DNA from: Eledone cirrhosa
Taxonomy: Eukaryota
Reading direction: 5' to 3'
Length of the DNA: 64,000 nt
Assembly: GCA_964016885.1 (NCBI GenBank)
Contig: OZ024747.1
Coordinates: 28,520,001 to 28,584,000, forward strand
The notes below the pieces were generated by a model. That model did no database searches. It had not been told where the DNA came from and worked only from the letters and a program-made list of their open reading frames with translations. Positions within the stretch are counted from its first letter, which is position 1. Each line of letters starts with the position of its first letter. Position numbers and translations under genes: made by a program. This document shows positions 39,608 through 51,002 of this stretch, in pieces.

Positions 39608-42600
39608 TTGTGCCAAGCTGAAAGGTTATTGAAAGACACTGTTTTCTGTTATATAAAAACTACAATAACAACAGAACAAATCCGCTTCTTAAAACACTGT
39701 GTTTCCTCCAAAACATACACAACAAACATATCAAAACAAGTAAATAATTTATTATTGAACAAAACACAAGCTGAACGGCTAAAACACACAATAACAGTTA
39801 ATATGAAAAGAACAACATACACAAAAGTCAACGCACTCTACAGACAAAAACGCATCAACGGTAAGGAAATCCGAAATCTCATCACAGCAAACGAGAGAGA
39901 TGACTTCATGAGCGTCATCCGACGCGAAACGAAATATGCTCAAAACGAATGCTGTAGGCATTTCAAGAAGAAATTAGAATGGATGAATAAGAAAAAACTA
40001 CAAGAAAGGAAAATCGAATATTCTCAAAAATACCCAGATAACATCGACAACATCCGTATGAGTGATGTAAAACTACCGGAAGAATTTACCAATGACCACA
40101 CAGTAAATATCTATGGGAACACTTTAATCAGTGAACAAGAACAACAAATCCTAAAGTTACCACCAAAATTTGCCATCTACAAAAAGATTAACCCTATGGA
40201 ATGCAAAACGGAGCTGGAAAAGTGTTTCACAAAAATACGTTGGAATGCAAAGGTAAACAACAACAACAATAATAACGGTAGTAGTAATATAAACAATAAC
40301 TCTGGGTATAGAAATAACAGCCATAACCATAACAATGGCAGGAAAGTGAGAAATAGTGATAATGGTAATATTACTAGCGATAGACAGAACAACAACAACC
40401 ACAATAATAATAATAATAGAAACGTTAACCACAGACACAGCAACAGTGACCACAGTAGTAATAACGGTAACAATACGAACAACAACAACAACAATAACCA
40501 CAGTGGTAATAATGGAAATAGTACATGTAGCAACATCAACAAAAACAAGAAACATAATAATAGTAACAACCACAATGGTAGAAATAGCAGTAACAACAAC
40601 AACAATAACGGTGAAGTAAACAACAATACATCTAGCAATCATAACAATAATAATATTAATGCTAATGATAGAAACAACAACAACCACCATGATAACAATA
40701 ATAGCAACACACACAACTATGACGATAGAAATAACGACAACCCCTTAGAGAAACTATTTTTCAACCCAGCTGACAAAACATATAAGATGGGTAATATCTA
40801 TCCTACGAGGTTACCCTTTAATGAAAGAGTTTGCATACCACAACAAATAGATGACGAGACGGAGGCACAGTTCACCATAGCTAGAAATAAGATTAGACAA
40901 GTAGTAGACAGGTACACTATGAGACAGAGCAGACCAGAGGCCCAACAACTTGGGATAAAACCTGTAGAAGGCTTGGTTAGCCTCAAGCAGCGCACAAGGG
41001 ATGGTGAGGTAGTGTGTCTACCCACAGATAAGTCTGGTAGGATGTCAATAGATAGCATGCCGAACTACATCGAGGCAATGCAACCCCACATCACCAACAC
41101 GAGCGAAGTTGCACAACTAACACACGATGGGAGAGAAAAAATCCTCAACGCTCACATGATGATGTGGACTGACATCCTAAAGCCAAGCAGACGCACTGCC
41201 AACAACTTCCAGGCGTCTAACAATGGCATACCACCCTTGTATGGGCTCCGCAAAGACCACAAGACAGTCGACGACCCGACAACAGGACCACCAACAAGAC
41301 CTGTATGCGGAGCTAATATAGCTAGCAACTACAGGATCTCCTACTTCCTCTCAATGGTTATACGCCCCATAATCAAGATGTCCCCAGATGTTTGTGAAAG
41401 TACAGAGGACCTCCTCAGCAGAATCAGTGAGTGCAACAAAAACAGGAGCCTATCCAACTGCATAATAGGCAGCATGGATGTGGTGTCACTGTACCCATCC
41501 ATTAACATTGATTTTGCTGTGAAAAGATGTGTGGAGATGATCATTGAGAGTGAGGTGGAGTTCTGCGACGTCGACACAGACGAACTGGGCCTCCTACTTA
41601 GACTTACCTACGACACTGACTACCTAGACAGCCATGACCTTAGATGTTTCTGCCCTAGTAGACCTATAAGAGGTAGACCCCCCACCATAACCTCAATGGC
41701 TAAAAAGACTCCCATAGGAAGGTGGATTGGGTGGACCAAAGCTATACGGACCCCCCAAAACACTGATCAGGTAAGAAAAATGGTCGCACATGCAATAGGG
41801 GCTAGTATCAAAACTACCCTAAAGGGCCACATATTTAAGTTCAATGAGAAAATCTACACCCAAAATGAGGGAGCAGCCATCGGCGTCAGCATAGCTGGCG
41901 ATGTTGCCAACCTTTTCATGGTATGGTGGGAAAGGAGACTTAAAGATCTCCTTAATGAAAGCTCCATAGACCTCATCATGTACTCTCGTTATGTAGACGA
42001 TATCAATATAGTTATAAGAACACCCCCACTAGAGAGCACTAACAAGTTTGATTTAGAACGTAGCACGATGGAAAGCATCCAGCAGATAGCTAATTCCATA
42101 CACCAGAGTATAACTGTAACTATAGACTTCCCTTCCAAACACCCTAACAATAGACTACCTGTATTAGACACAGAACTCTGGATTAACACTATAGACGAGA
42201 GAGCCCAAATTCTCCACTCACACTATGCTAAACCCATGGCCTCCAAATACCTGATACTCAAAAACTCAGCAATGTCCAGTAGTGCTAAGTTTAATATTCT
42301 GATCGCAGATTTGGTACGAGTGATGAAGAATGTGTCCAACATGTGCGACCCAACAGAAATGGAAGGACACATCCAACACTTCATCAACCGCATGCAGTTC
42401 TCTGGCTACAACCAAAGAGACAGAGTCAGAGTATACGAAGGAGCCATGGAAAAGTATAAGACCCTCATAGAACTGGACATGAAAGGAATTTGCCCACTAT
42501 ACAGGAGCAAATCATGGAATAGCTTAGATAGGGCTAGACATAAGATAGGGAAGGCCACATCATGGTACGACAACCAGAGATATCAGAGTGTCATGTTTGT

Positions 42601-43147
42601 GGACGCCACCCCTGGAGGGAAATTAGCTAACCAGTGTAGAAAGGCCCTGAGAAAGACCCACTTAAAAATAAAGGTGGTAGAAAAGCCAGGAACCACCATA
42701 AAATCCCTGATCAGCAAAACCTACCCTTTTAAGAAAACCCACTGTACCAATAGGAAATGTATCATATGTAAGGTGAACCCCCGGATAAACTGTAAAACTA
42801 GAAACGTAGTCTATAGCATAAGATGTACAGAGGGTACTTGCAGAAACACGACAACAACATACATAGGTGAGACAGCTCGTAGCATAGGTGAAAGGATAGA
42901 CCAACACTGGGGGGAACTAAAAGGACGAAAAAACGGGTCAGTACTATACGAACATGCTAGACAACATCATGACGGTAACATAGACAACATAGAAATTAGA
43001 ATAATATCTAAACATAGGAATGACCCAGCAGATAGGCAAATCAGAGAGGCCAGTGAAATAGAAATTAGAAGACCAAAGCTAAACAGAAAGAATGAGTGGA
43101 ACAACAACAACACCCAAACAAACAACACTGACCTAAGAGAAGTATAA
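39608..43147 (+). CDS. PLE RT plus GIY-YIG ORF, copy 3
   Basis: Protein identical to copy 2. Confidence 0.93.
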   Translation: MCQAERLLKDTVFCYIKTTITTEQIRFLKHCVSSKTYTTNISKQVNNLLLNKTQAERLKHTITVNMKRTTYTKVNALYRQKRINGKEIRNLITANERDDFMSVIRRETKYAQNECCRHFKKKLEWMNKKKLQERKIEYSQKYPDNIDNIRMSDVKLPEEFTNDHTVNIYGNTLISEQEQQILKLPPKFAIYKKINPMECKTELEKCFTKIRWNAKVNNNNNNNGSSNINNNSGYRNNSHNHNNGRKVRNSDNGNITSDRQNNNNHNNNNNRNVNHRHSNSDHSSNNGNNTNNNNNNNHSGNNGNSTCSNINKNKKHNNSNNHNGRNSSNNNNNNGEVNNNTSSNHNNNNINANDRNNNNHHDNNNSNTHNYDDRNNDNPLEKLFFNPADKTYKMGNIYPTRLPFNERVCIPQQIDDETEAQFTIARNKIRQVVDRYTMRQSRPEAQQLGIKPVEGLVSLKQRTRDGEVVCLPTDKSGRMSIDSMPNYIEAMQPHITNTSEVAQLTHDGREKILNAHMMMWTDILKPSRRTANNFQASNNGIPPLYGLRKDHKTVDDPTTGPPTRPVCGANIASNYRISYFLSMVIRPIIKMSPDVCESTEDLLSRISECNKNRSLSNCIIGSMDVVSLYPSINIDFAVKRCVEMIIESEVEFCDVDTDELGLLLRLTYDTDYLDSHDLRCFCPSRPIRGRPPTITSMAKKTPIGRWIGWTKAIRTPQNTDQVRKMVAHAIGASIKTTLKGHIFKFNEKIYTQNEGAAIGVSIAGDVANLFMVWWERRLKDLLNESSIDLIMYSRYVDDINIVIRTPPLESTNKFDLERSTMESIQQIANSIHQSITVTIDFPSKHPNNRLPVLDTELWINTIDERAQILHSHYAKPMASKYLILKNSAMSSSAKFNILIADLVRVMKNVSNMCDPTEMEGHIQHFINRMQFSGYNQRDRVRVYEGAMEKYKTLIELDMKGICPLYRSKSWNSLDRARHKIGKATSWYDNQRYQSVMFVDATPGGKLANQCRKALRKTHLKIKVVEKPGTTIKSLISKTYPFKKTHCTNRKCIICKVNPRINCKTRNVVYSIRCTEGTCRNTTTTYIGETARSIGERIDQHWGELKGRKNGSVLYEHARQHHDGNIDNIEIRIISKHRNDPADRQIREASEIEIRRPKLNRKNEWNNNNTQTNNTDLREV

Positions 43148-43510
43148 ATAAATAAGTAAATTAAATTAAATAAAATAAGATAAATAAATACATACACAAG
43201 CACATAAACACACACTAGTCACCCAGACATACAACACAACAGGAGGAACAATGAATATAACACCACTGACGATGTTGCAGATGTGCAACGAAAGATTTAT
43301 GTAAACTATATATATATGTGTTTGTCTATATTGTATCTGTATTATTTTTGACCGCCGGTCAGTCAATGGCAACATTGAGGACCGAGTAAGTTAGATCGCA
43401 GATATATATATATAAAAGACAGCGAGAAGCGAAAACCAACCAAACAGTGAGTGTGTTCTGTTATTAATTCTGGCAATATTACGCAAATATGACCCTCCCC
43501 AAATATAACA

Positions 43511-43604
<94 letters not shown>

Positions 43605-43681
43605 ATATATATATGTGTATATATATATGTGTATATATATATATATATGTATATATATATGTGTGTATATATATATATGTG

Positions 43682-43780
<99 letters not shown>

Positions 43781-43805
43781 GTATATATATATATATATAT
43801 GTATA

Positions 43806-44315
43806 TTGACGAAGAAGGGTTTCTCCCTGCGTACGAAAGGCCGGTTGTATGATGCCTATGTGAGGAGCGCGATAAGCATGGTAGTGAGACATGGGCAGCA
43901 ACCGCAGAAGATATGCTACGGCTGGAGAGAAATGAGGCAAGTATGCTCCGTTGGATGTGCAGTGTAAATGTGCGTGAACGACCCAGCATAAATGTGTTGA
44001 GAGAGAAACTGTGTCTGAGAGGGATAGAATGTAGTGTACGGGAGAGGAGACTGAGGTGGTATGGACATGTGATGCGCATGGAGGATGACCGATGGGTGAA
44101 GAAGTGCCAGGAAATGCCAGTTGAAGGAAGACGTGGTAGAGGTAGACCACGAAAAACATGGGCGGAGGTGGTGAGAACAGACCTCAGATCATTGAAGCTC
44201 ACGGTGGAGATGACGAGGGACCGTGACGAGTGGAGAGATGCTGTGCTGAATAAGACCCGTCCCACCCTTGCAAGCAGGGAAAAGCGGACGTAAAATGATG
44301 ATGATGATGCTGATG
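43806..44315 (+). mobile_element. 5'-truncated RTE LINE
   Basis: [29 protein letters not shown] and (GAT)n tail; near-identical inverted copy at 48680-49200. Confidence 0.9.
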
Positions 44316-44459
44316 TATATATATGTATATATATATTAGAAAGTGAGGTTTTTTTTACAAAATGAAAAATAACCGAGGTGTCCTACACGAGTGAAAGTAT
44401 AAAGAAAAAGAGATGAAATCGAAAATGCAACTATATATATATATATGTATATATATATG

Positions 44460-44490
<31 letters not shown>

Positions 44491-44503
44491 GTATATATAT
44501 ATG

Positions 44504-44618
<115 letters not shown>

Positions 44619-44715
44619 ATATATATACATGTATATATATACATTCTACTGTACGTCTGTATACATAAATGTATGTACGTATACATACATACATACATAC
44701 TTATATATATATATT

Positions 44716-44786
<71 letters not shown>

Positions 44787-44984
44787 GTATATATATATAT
44801 ATGTATATATATAGTAAGGTACGATATTGGTTATGTAAAATGGTCCAATAACTTTATGTTAGCAATATTAAGTTCTCCACGCTTTTGTATATCTCCAATT
44901 CCATTTGAGGGAACAGCTAGATGATGTAAAACGGAGTATAAGTATCAAAATGAAAATCCGAAGGCAAGGTAAAATTCCAATCAT

Positions 44985-45578
44985 TTAATCACGACACATG
45001 TTTCAATAAGAGATAGATCGATTGTGAAGCCATGATCGATTATCACTGATCTCATCATTTGAAAATGAATTGTCTTCAAATATTGCTGTGTTGGTACATT
45101 CTTATATGTACTTTTTCTCGGATATCGCTTCGGTGTGTGTTAAAGTGTGTGTGTACCCACCCATGCTTATTCTGCGGGTTTAATACTGCGTTGATGTGTG
45201 TATATATATGTATTTATTTTTATTTTTATTTTTCTTCGACCTCGAGCCGATGTATGCGGGTGTGGAGTGTGTGTGTACCCACTCACTTCTAACTGTGACT
45301 GACTGTATCCGTACGGATTTGTTTGATGTCCAGCGTCTTTTGCAGCGATAGAAGTCTGAAAACTTTTATGACCTCAACTAAAGCTAATAGCAGTCGCCTT
45401 GTCTCTGACTGACTGATGTGTCTCCATATGAGGGAATGAATTATGTGAGGAAACATCGTAATTTTTTATCCCTCATATCAAGAATTTGAAGACAATTCAT
45501 TTTCACCTGATGAGATCAGTGATAATCGATCATGGCTTCACAATCGATCTATCTCTTATTGAAACATGTGTCGTGATT
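44985..45578. repeat. Inverted repeat (~90-bp arms) carrying a hammerhead
   Basis: 44985-45080 is reverse-complementary to 45486-45578. Confidence 0.85.
45503..45576 (+). ncRNA. Hammerhead ribozyme motif
   Basis: TCAC-CTGATGA-long stem II-GAAA-CATGTG-TC-GTGA (GUC site). Confidence 0.78.
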
Positions 45579-45579
45579 T

Positions 45580-46474
45580 GAGGGCTAAAGCCGACAAATA
45601 TTCACCCAGAGTGACAAAGTACCTTGATTACATTTCACAGTTTACTAACAATATACAGCACATTGCTGGCTCACTAAACACAGCTGCAGACGCCTTGTCA
45701 TGCTTGCCAATCAGCTCGATTTCGTCATCCCAGGAGATAGATTTAACTCTTTTGGCAGCAGACCAGCCTGCACTCGAATCGTTGGATACTTCATCACCCG
45801 AGTTTGTGACTTGCAACTTGAAATATATGCCCTTGTCGACTACCGACAGGCAGATCCTCTGCGACGTATCTACGGATTCACCACGACCTTATGTTCCCGA
45901 GACTCACTGTCGGGTTGTGTTCCTTGCTTTGCACAGCATTTCTGACCCAGTAAAGCTCATAACGGCTAGATTTTTCTGGCCAAATATGAGGCGAGAAATT
46001 ACTGCCTGGTGCGGTTCCTGCACACAGTGTCAAAAGTCTAAAGTCCACAGACACATCCGGACTCCACTTGGTACTTTCAGTACTCCAGATGCTCGTTTTC
46101 AACACATCCACATTCATATCATTGGACCTTGGCCATTCAGTAGTGGATATTCTTACCTTTTGACCTGCATTGATCGTTTTTCGCGATGGCCTGAAGCCAT
46201 CCACTTGACGGACATTACTGCTGAGACTATAGCACGTGCCCTGGTATCAGGGTGGATTGCCCGCTATGGTGTGCCAACCACAATTACCACAGACCGTGGT
46301 AGGCAATTTGAATCTCATCTCTTCTCAGAGCTGACAAAAATCATTGGTGCTCAACGAATCCGGACCACAGCTTATCATCCTGCTTCGAACGGAATGGTGG
46401 AACGTTTTCACCGCCAATTAAAGGCTGCTCTTCACTCCTACCCAGACTCTCTACGTTGGAGCGAGTACCTTCCT
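45580..46474 (+). mobile_element. Gypsy LTR-retrotransposon pol fragment (RNase H end plus integrase)
   Basis: [66 protein letters not shown]. Confidence 0.92.
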
Positions 46475-46640
46475 GTAAATGTGGTTGGTGTTAGGAAGGG
46501 CATCCAGCCATAGAAAATCTGCCAGATAGTCCTATAAGAGTGAGACACGGTCAGCCGACTAATCTTGCCTCAAGTGGGACAACTCCTGTCTAACCCATGC
46601 TAGCATGGAAGATAGACGTTAAACAATGATGATGATGATG
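46475..46640 (+). mobile_element. RTE/SINE 3' tail fragment
   Basis: tgtaaatgtggttggtgttaggaagggcatccagc..gacgttaaac(gat)n. Confidence 0.75.
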
Positions 46641-46658
46641 ATATATATATATATATAT

Positions 46659-48183
46659 GGTGGTGTGGATGGGGTGGGGGTAGTGGGACAGAGGTGTATT
46701 TTTGTTAGAGGTGCCTACTTACTGAAGGTTTCGCTTTGTACTTAGGCAAGGCGGGTCTTCTGTATTACTGTGTAGCGTCAAAGATCTCAGTCCAGTGACA
46801 TTGTCTTGGAGAGGTGTAAGTGTGTGAGGTCGGAATTTATCAAGTCGTCCCAGGTTTTTCTGGGTCTGCCTACTCAGTGGCTACCGTCTATCTTTATTGC
46901 CCTGCACTTTTTTATACAGCTGTCGTCTTTCATGCGCATCACGTGACCGTACCAACGTAGTCTTCTCTCGAGTAAACAACATCTGATCCCTCTTATTCCT
47001 AATTTCTCCCTTAGTTCGTTTATGCTTTGCCGTTCACGTATATTTCTATTACACATCCAGCGGAGCATGCAAGCTTCGTTCCTCTCCAGTCTGCGTATAT
47101 CCTCTGCACACAATGCCCAGGTCTCACTGCCATGTAAAATGGCTGTTCGTATGCAGGCATCATACAGTCTGCCTTTCATTTTTAGAGAGAACCCTTTAGC
47201 GGCCAATAGTGGTATAAGCTCTCTGAACTTTTTCCATCCCGTTCTGACTCTAGTTACTGTACTTTCAGAGCACCCTCCCCCACTGCTGATTTTGTCACCC
47301 AGGTAACGGAAGATGTCCACTATTTCTATAGAACCATCTGTGCAATGGAATGAGCTAGTATTCTATGGGCACTTGCTGCTACTTATTGCACCAGAGCACC
47401 GGCCACATATAAAATCTATATTCTTAGTTAGCTTACCTGTGATCCCACTACATCTTTTATGCACCCATACTTTGCATTTGGGACATAAAATGGAGTTTCT
47501 ACCTACGCTTTTCCTACACACTGAACATGGCCATTTCCCGGAAGGGACCGGCGCCTTATTTTCTTTCCTACAAACTAGAACTTTAGTCTTAGCCAGGTTA
47601 ATTTTAAGGCCTTTTGATTCTAGGCCGTGCTTCCATGTTTGGAATTTCTTCTCTAGCTCGGCCATTGATTCAGCTATGAGCGTTAGATCATCTGCGTATA
47701 GGAGTTCCCATGGGCAGCCGGTCTTGAACTCCACTGTTATAGCCTGAAGGGCAATAATAAATAGTAGGGGGCTAAGAACAGAGCCCTGATGAACACCAAC
47801 TTTTACGCTAAACTCTTCACTATATTCGTTGTTAATTCTAACCTTGCTGACTGTTTCTTTATACATGGCTTGTATAGCTCTCACAAGCCATTGTGAAGTT
47901 ATGTTGGTACCACAACATCCAGTCCGAAACAAATGAGGTCATGTAGGTGTCATGACAAAAAAACACACAGTCCACGCTGTAATGTGGCCGTGTAGGCAAC
48001 ACGGTAAAAACCTCCCAGCCCCACACTGTAAATGTGGTTGGTGTTAGGAAGGGCATCCAGCTGTAGAAAACCCGCCAGACAGTCCTATGCGAGCAAGACA
48101 ACCACTCTTGCCTCAAGTGGGAAAACTCCCGTCCAAACACATGCAAGAGTGGAACATGGACGTTAAACGATGATGATGATGAT
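46659..48183. mobile_element. RTE LINE with 5' inversion (body on minus 46659-47892, 3'UTR tail on plus 47893-48183)
   Basis: RT motifs on the minus strand; the plus segment resumes the 3'UTR almost exactly where the minus segment stops. Confidence 0.85.
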
Positions 48184-48269
48184 ATACATATATATATACA
48201 TATATATATATATACATATATATACATATTTATATATATATATACATATATATACATATATATATATAC

Positions 48270-48348
<79 letters not shown>

Positions 48349-48420
48349 CATATATATACATATATATACATATATATACATATATATACATATATATACA
48401 TATATATACATATATATATG

Positions 48421-48451
<31 letters not shown>

Positions 48452-48460
48452 GTATATATG

Positions 48461-48495
<35 letters not shown>

Positions 48496-48508
48496 GTATA
48501 TATATGTA

Positions 48509-48549
<41 letters not shown>

Positions 48550-48579
48550 GCATATATATATATATGTATATATATTTAC

Positions 48580-48672
<93 letters not shown>

Positions 48673-48679
48673 CATACAT

Positions 48680-50944
48680 ATCATCATCATCATCATCATC
48701 ATCATCATTTTACGTCCGCTTTTCCCTGCTTGCAAGGGTGGGACGGGTCTTATTCAGCACAGCATCTCTCCACTCGTCACGGTCCCTCGTCATCTCCACC
48801 GTGAGCTTCAATGATCTGAGGTCTGTTCTCACCACCTCCGCTCATGTTTTTCGTGGTCTACCTCTACCACGTCTTCCTTCAACTGGCATTTCCTGGCACT
48901 TCTTCACCCATCGGTCATCCTCCATGCGCATCACATGTCCATACCACCTCAGTCTCCTCTCCCGTACACTACATTCTATCCCTCTCAGACACAGTTTCTC
49001 TCTCAACACATTTATGCTGGGTCGTTCACGCACATTTACACTGCACATCCAACGGAGCATGCTTGCCTCATTTCTCTCCAGCCGTCGCATATCTTCTGCG
49101 GTTGCTGCCCATGTCTCACTACCATGCAGCATCGCGCTCCTCACACAGGCATCATACAACCGGCCTTTCGTACGCAGGGAGAAACCCTTCTTCGTCAACA
49201 GAGGAAGCAGCTCCCTAAACTTCTTCCAACCCGTCCTTATTCTAGATACTATGGCCTCGGAACACCCTCCTCCCATGCTAATCTGATCTCCTAGGTACCG
49301 GAAGCTATCCACCACTTCTATAGCGCCCTCTCGCATTTGAAAAATGTGTCTATCAGTGCGACTTCTACTGTCTAATTTCCCTGTACATCTACTGCATACA
49401 TATTTCTCCCTACCTGTTAGTTTGCCTGCTATCCCGTTACATCTCTTGTGTACCCAGGACCTACATTGTGTGCATTTTATAGAATTTATGCCAGTTCCTT
49501 TTCTGCATATCGAACATGGCCATTTCCTTGACGGAATCAGGGTTTTGTCCTCTTTTCTACTCATCAACACTTTTGTCTTAGCTAGATTTACTCTCAGTCC
49601 TCTTGCTTCCAACTGCTGTTTCCATAGCCGGAATTTATTCTCTAGCTCCTCTACTGATTCTGCCATAAGAGCCAGATCGTCAGCATAGAGAAGTTCCCAT
49701 GGACAGCCAGTCTTAAACTCCTCTGTTATGGCTTGGAGGACTATAATGAACAAGAGCGGGCTGAGGACCGAACCCTGATGTACTCCTACTTGTATCTGGA
49801 ATTCCTCACTAAACTCCATTCCTACCCTGACTTTACTGAGAGTACCTCTGTACAAAGTTTGCACTGTCCTTACAAGCCATTCCTCAACACCCAGCTTCCT
49901 TAGGGACCACCAGATGACAGATCGGGGTACCCTATCAAAGGCCTTCTCTAGGTCAACAAAGGCTAAGTATAGTGGCTTATTCTTCTCTAAGAACCTCTCT
50001 TGCATTTGTCTCACCAAGAAGAGGGCATCTGTTGTACTCTTCCCAGGCACAAAACCAAACTGCATCTCATCTAGTTTGACCCTTTCTTTAATTAGTTGTG
50101 CTAAAATCCTTTCTGCCACTTTCATAACCTCATCTATCAGTTTTATACCCCTATAATTGCTCCTCTCCAAAGCATCCCCTTTACCTTTGTAGCAATTTAT
50201 GAGAATACTGCTGCACCAGTCTTTGGGTATGACACCACCATATATAGCCTGATTGATTATGCGTGCAACCAGTTTAGTGCCTACGTCCCCTGATGCCTTC
50301 AGCATCTCAGCAACTATTCCCGATGGTCCGGCCGCCTTACCATTTTTCATTTCCCTAATCGCCTCTTGGACCCTATATTCGTCAATCTCAATAGCTGGTC
50401 CCTCTGTCGGATCTACCAAGGGTAATTTCTCTCTCTCCCATTCGTTCTCCACATTCATCAGTCTCTCATAATGACATTTCCAGGCCTCCTTTTTCTGGTC
50501 ATTCGTGACACTAAGTACACCGGCATCATCCCGGACACACTGCCTTGCAATGTGGAACACCGCACGCCTCTGATCTTCCCGTCGCAGAACATTGGCAAAC
50601 CTCCTACTCTCTGCCTCCCTGCGTGCTAAGTACACCTGACGTCTAGCTTCTCTCTTAGTGGCTGTATATTCTTCCCTACTCCCACCCTTATTCCAAGCCT
50701 TCCATGCTAGTCTTTTGTCTCTAATAGCCTTATCTACACTGCTGTTCCACCACCAGGTCACTCTCTGTCTGGTTGGAGCTCTGCTCCAGCCACAGGTTTC
50801 ATCAGTAGCCTTCAGCAAGTTGTCACGTAAGAACTTCCAGTTATTATCTATGTCATACGTCTCTAAATCGTCTTCTTTTTCGTCATATTCATCTTGAAGG
50901 GCTTTCCTAAATTTGAATTTTAGTGAAAGGTCTTTTAGCTTCCA
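48680..50944 (-). mobile_element. 5'-truncated RTE LINE with a long RT ORF
   Basis: [47 protein letters not shown]; premature TGA at 48842; (GAT)n tail. Confidence 0.93.
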
Positions 50945-50996
<52 letters not shown>

Positions 50997-51002
50997 CATA
51001 TA

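Larger units (their letters stand above)
32091..43510 (+). mobile_element. Head-to-tail trimer of a Penelope-like element (period ~4130 bp; first copy 5'-truncated)
   Basis: Three near-identical units with ORF ends at 34885, 39017 and 43147; flanked by TA microsatellite; ends just after re-entering the ORF start. Confidence 0.95.
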
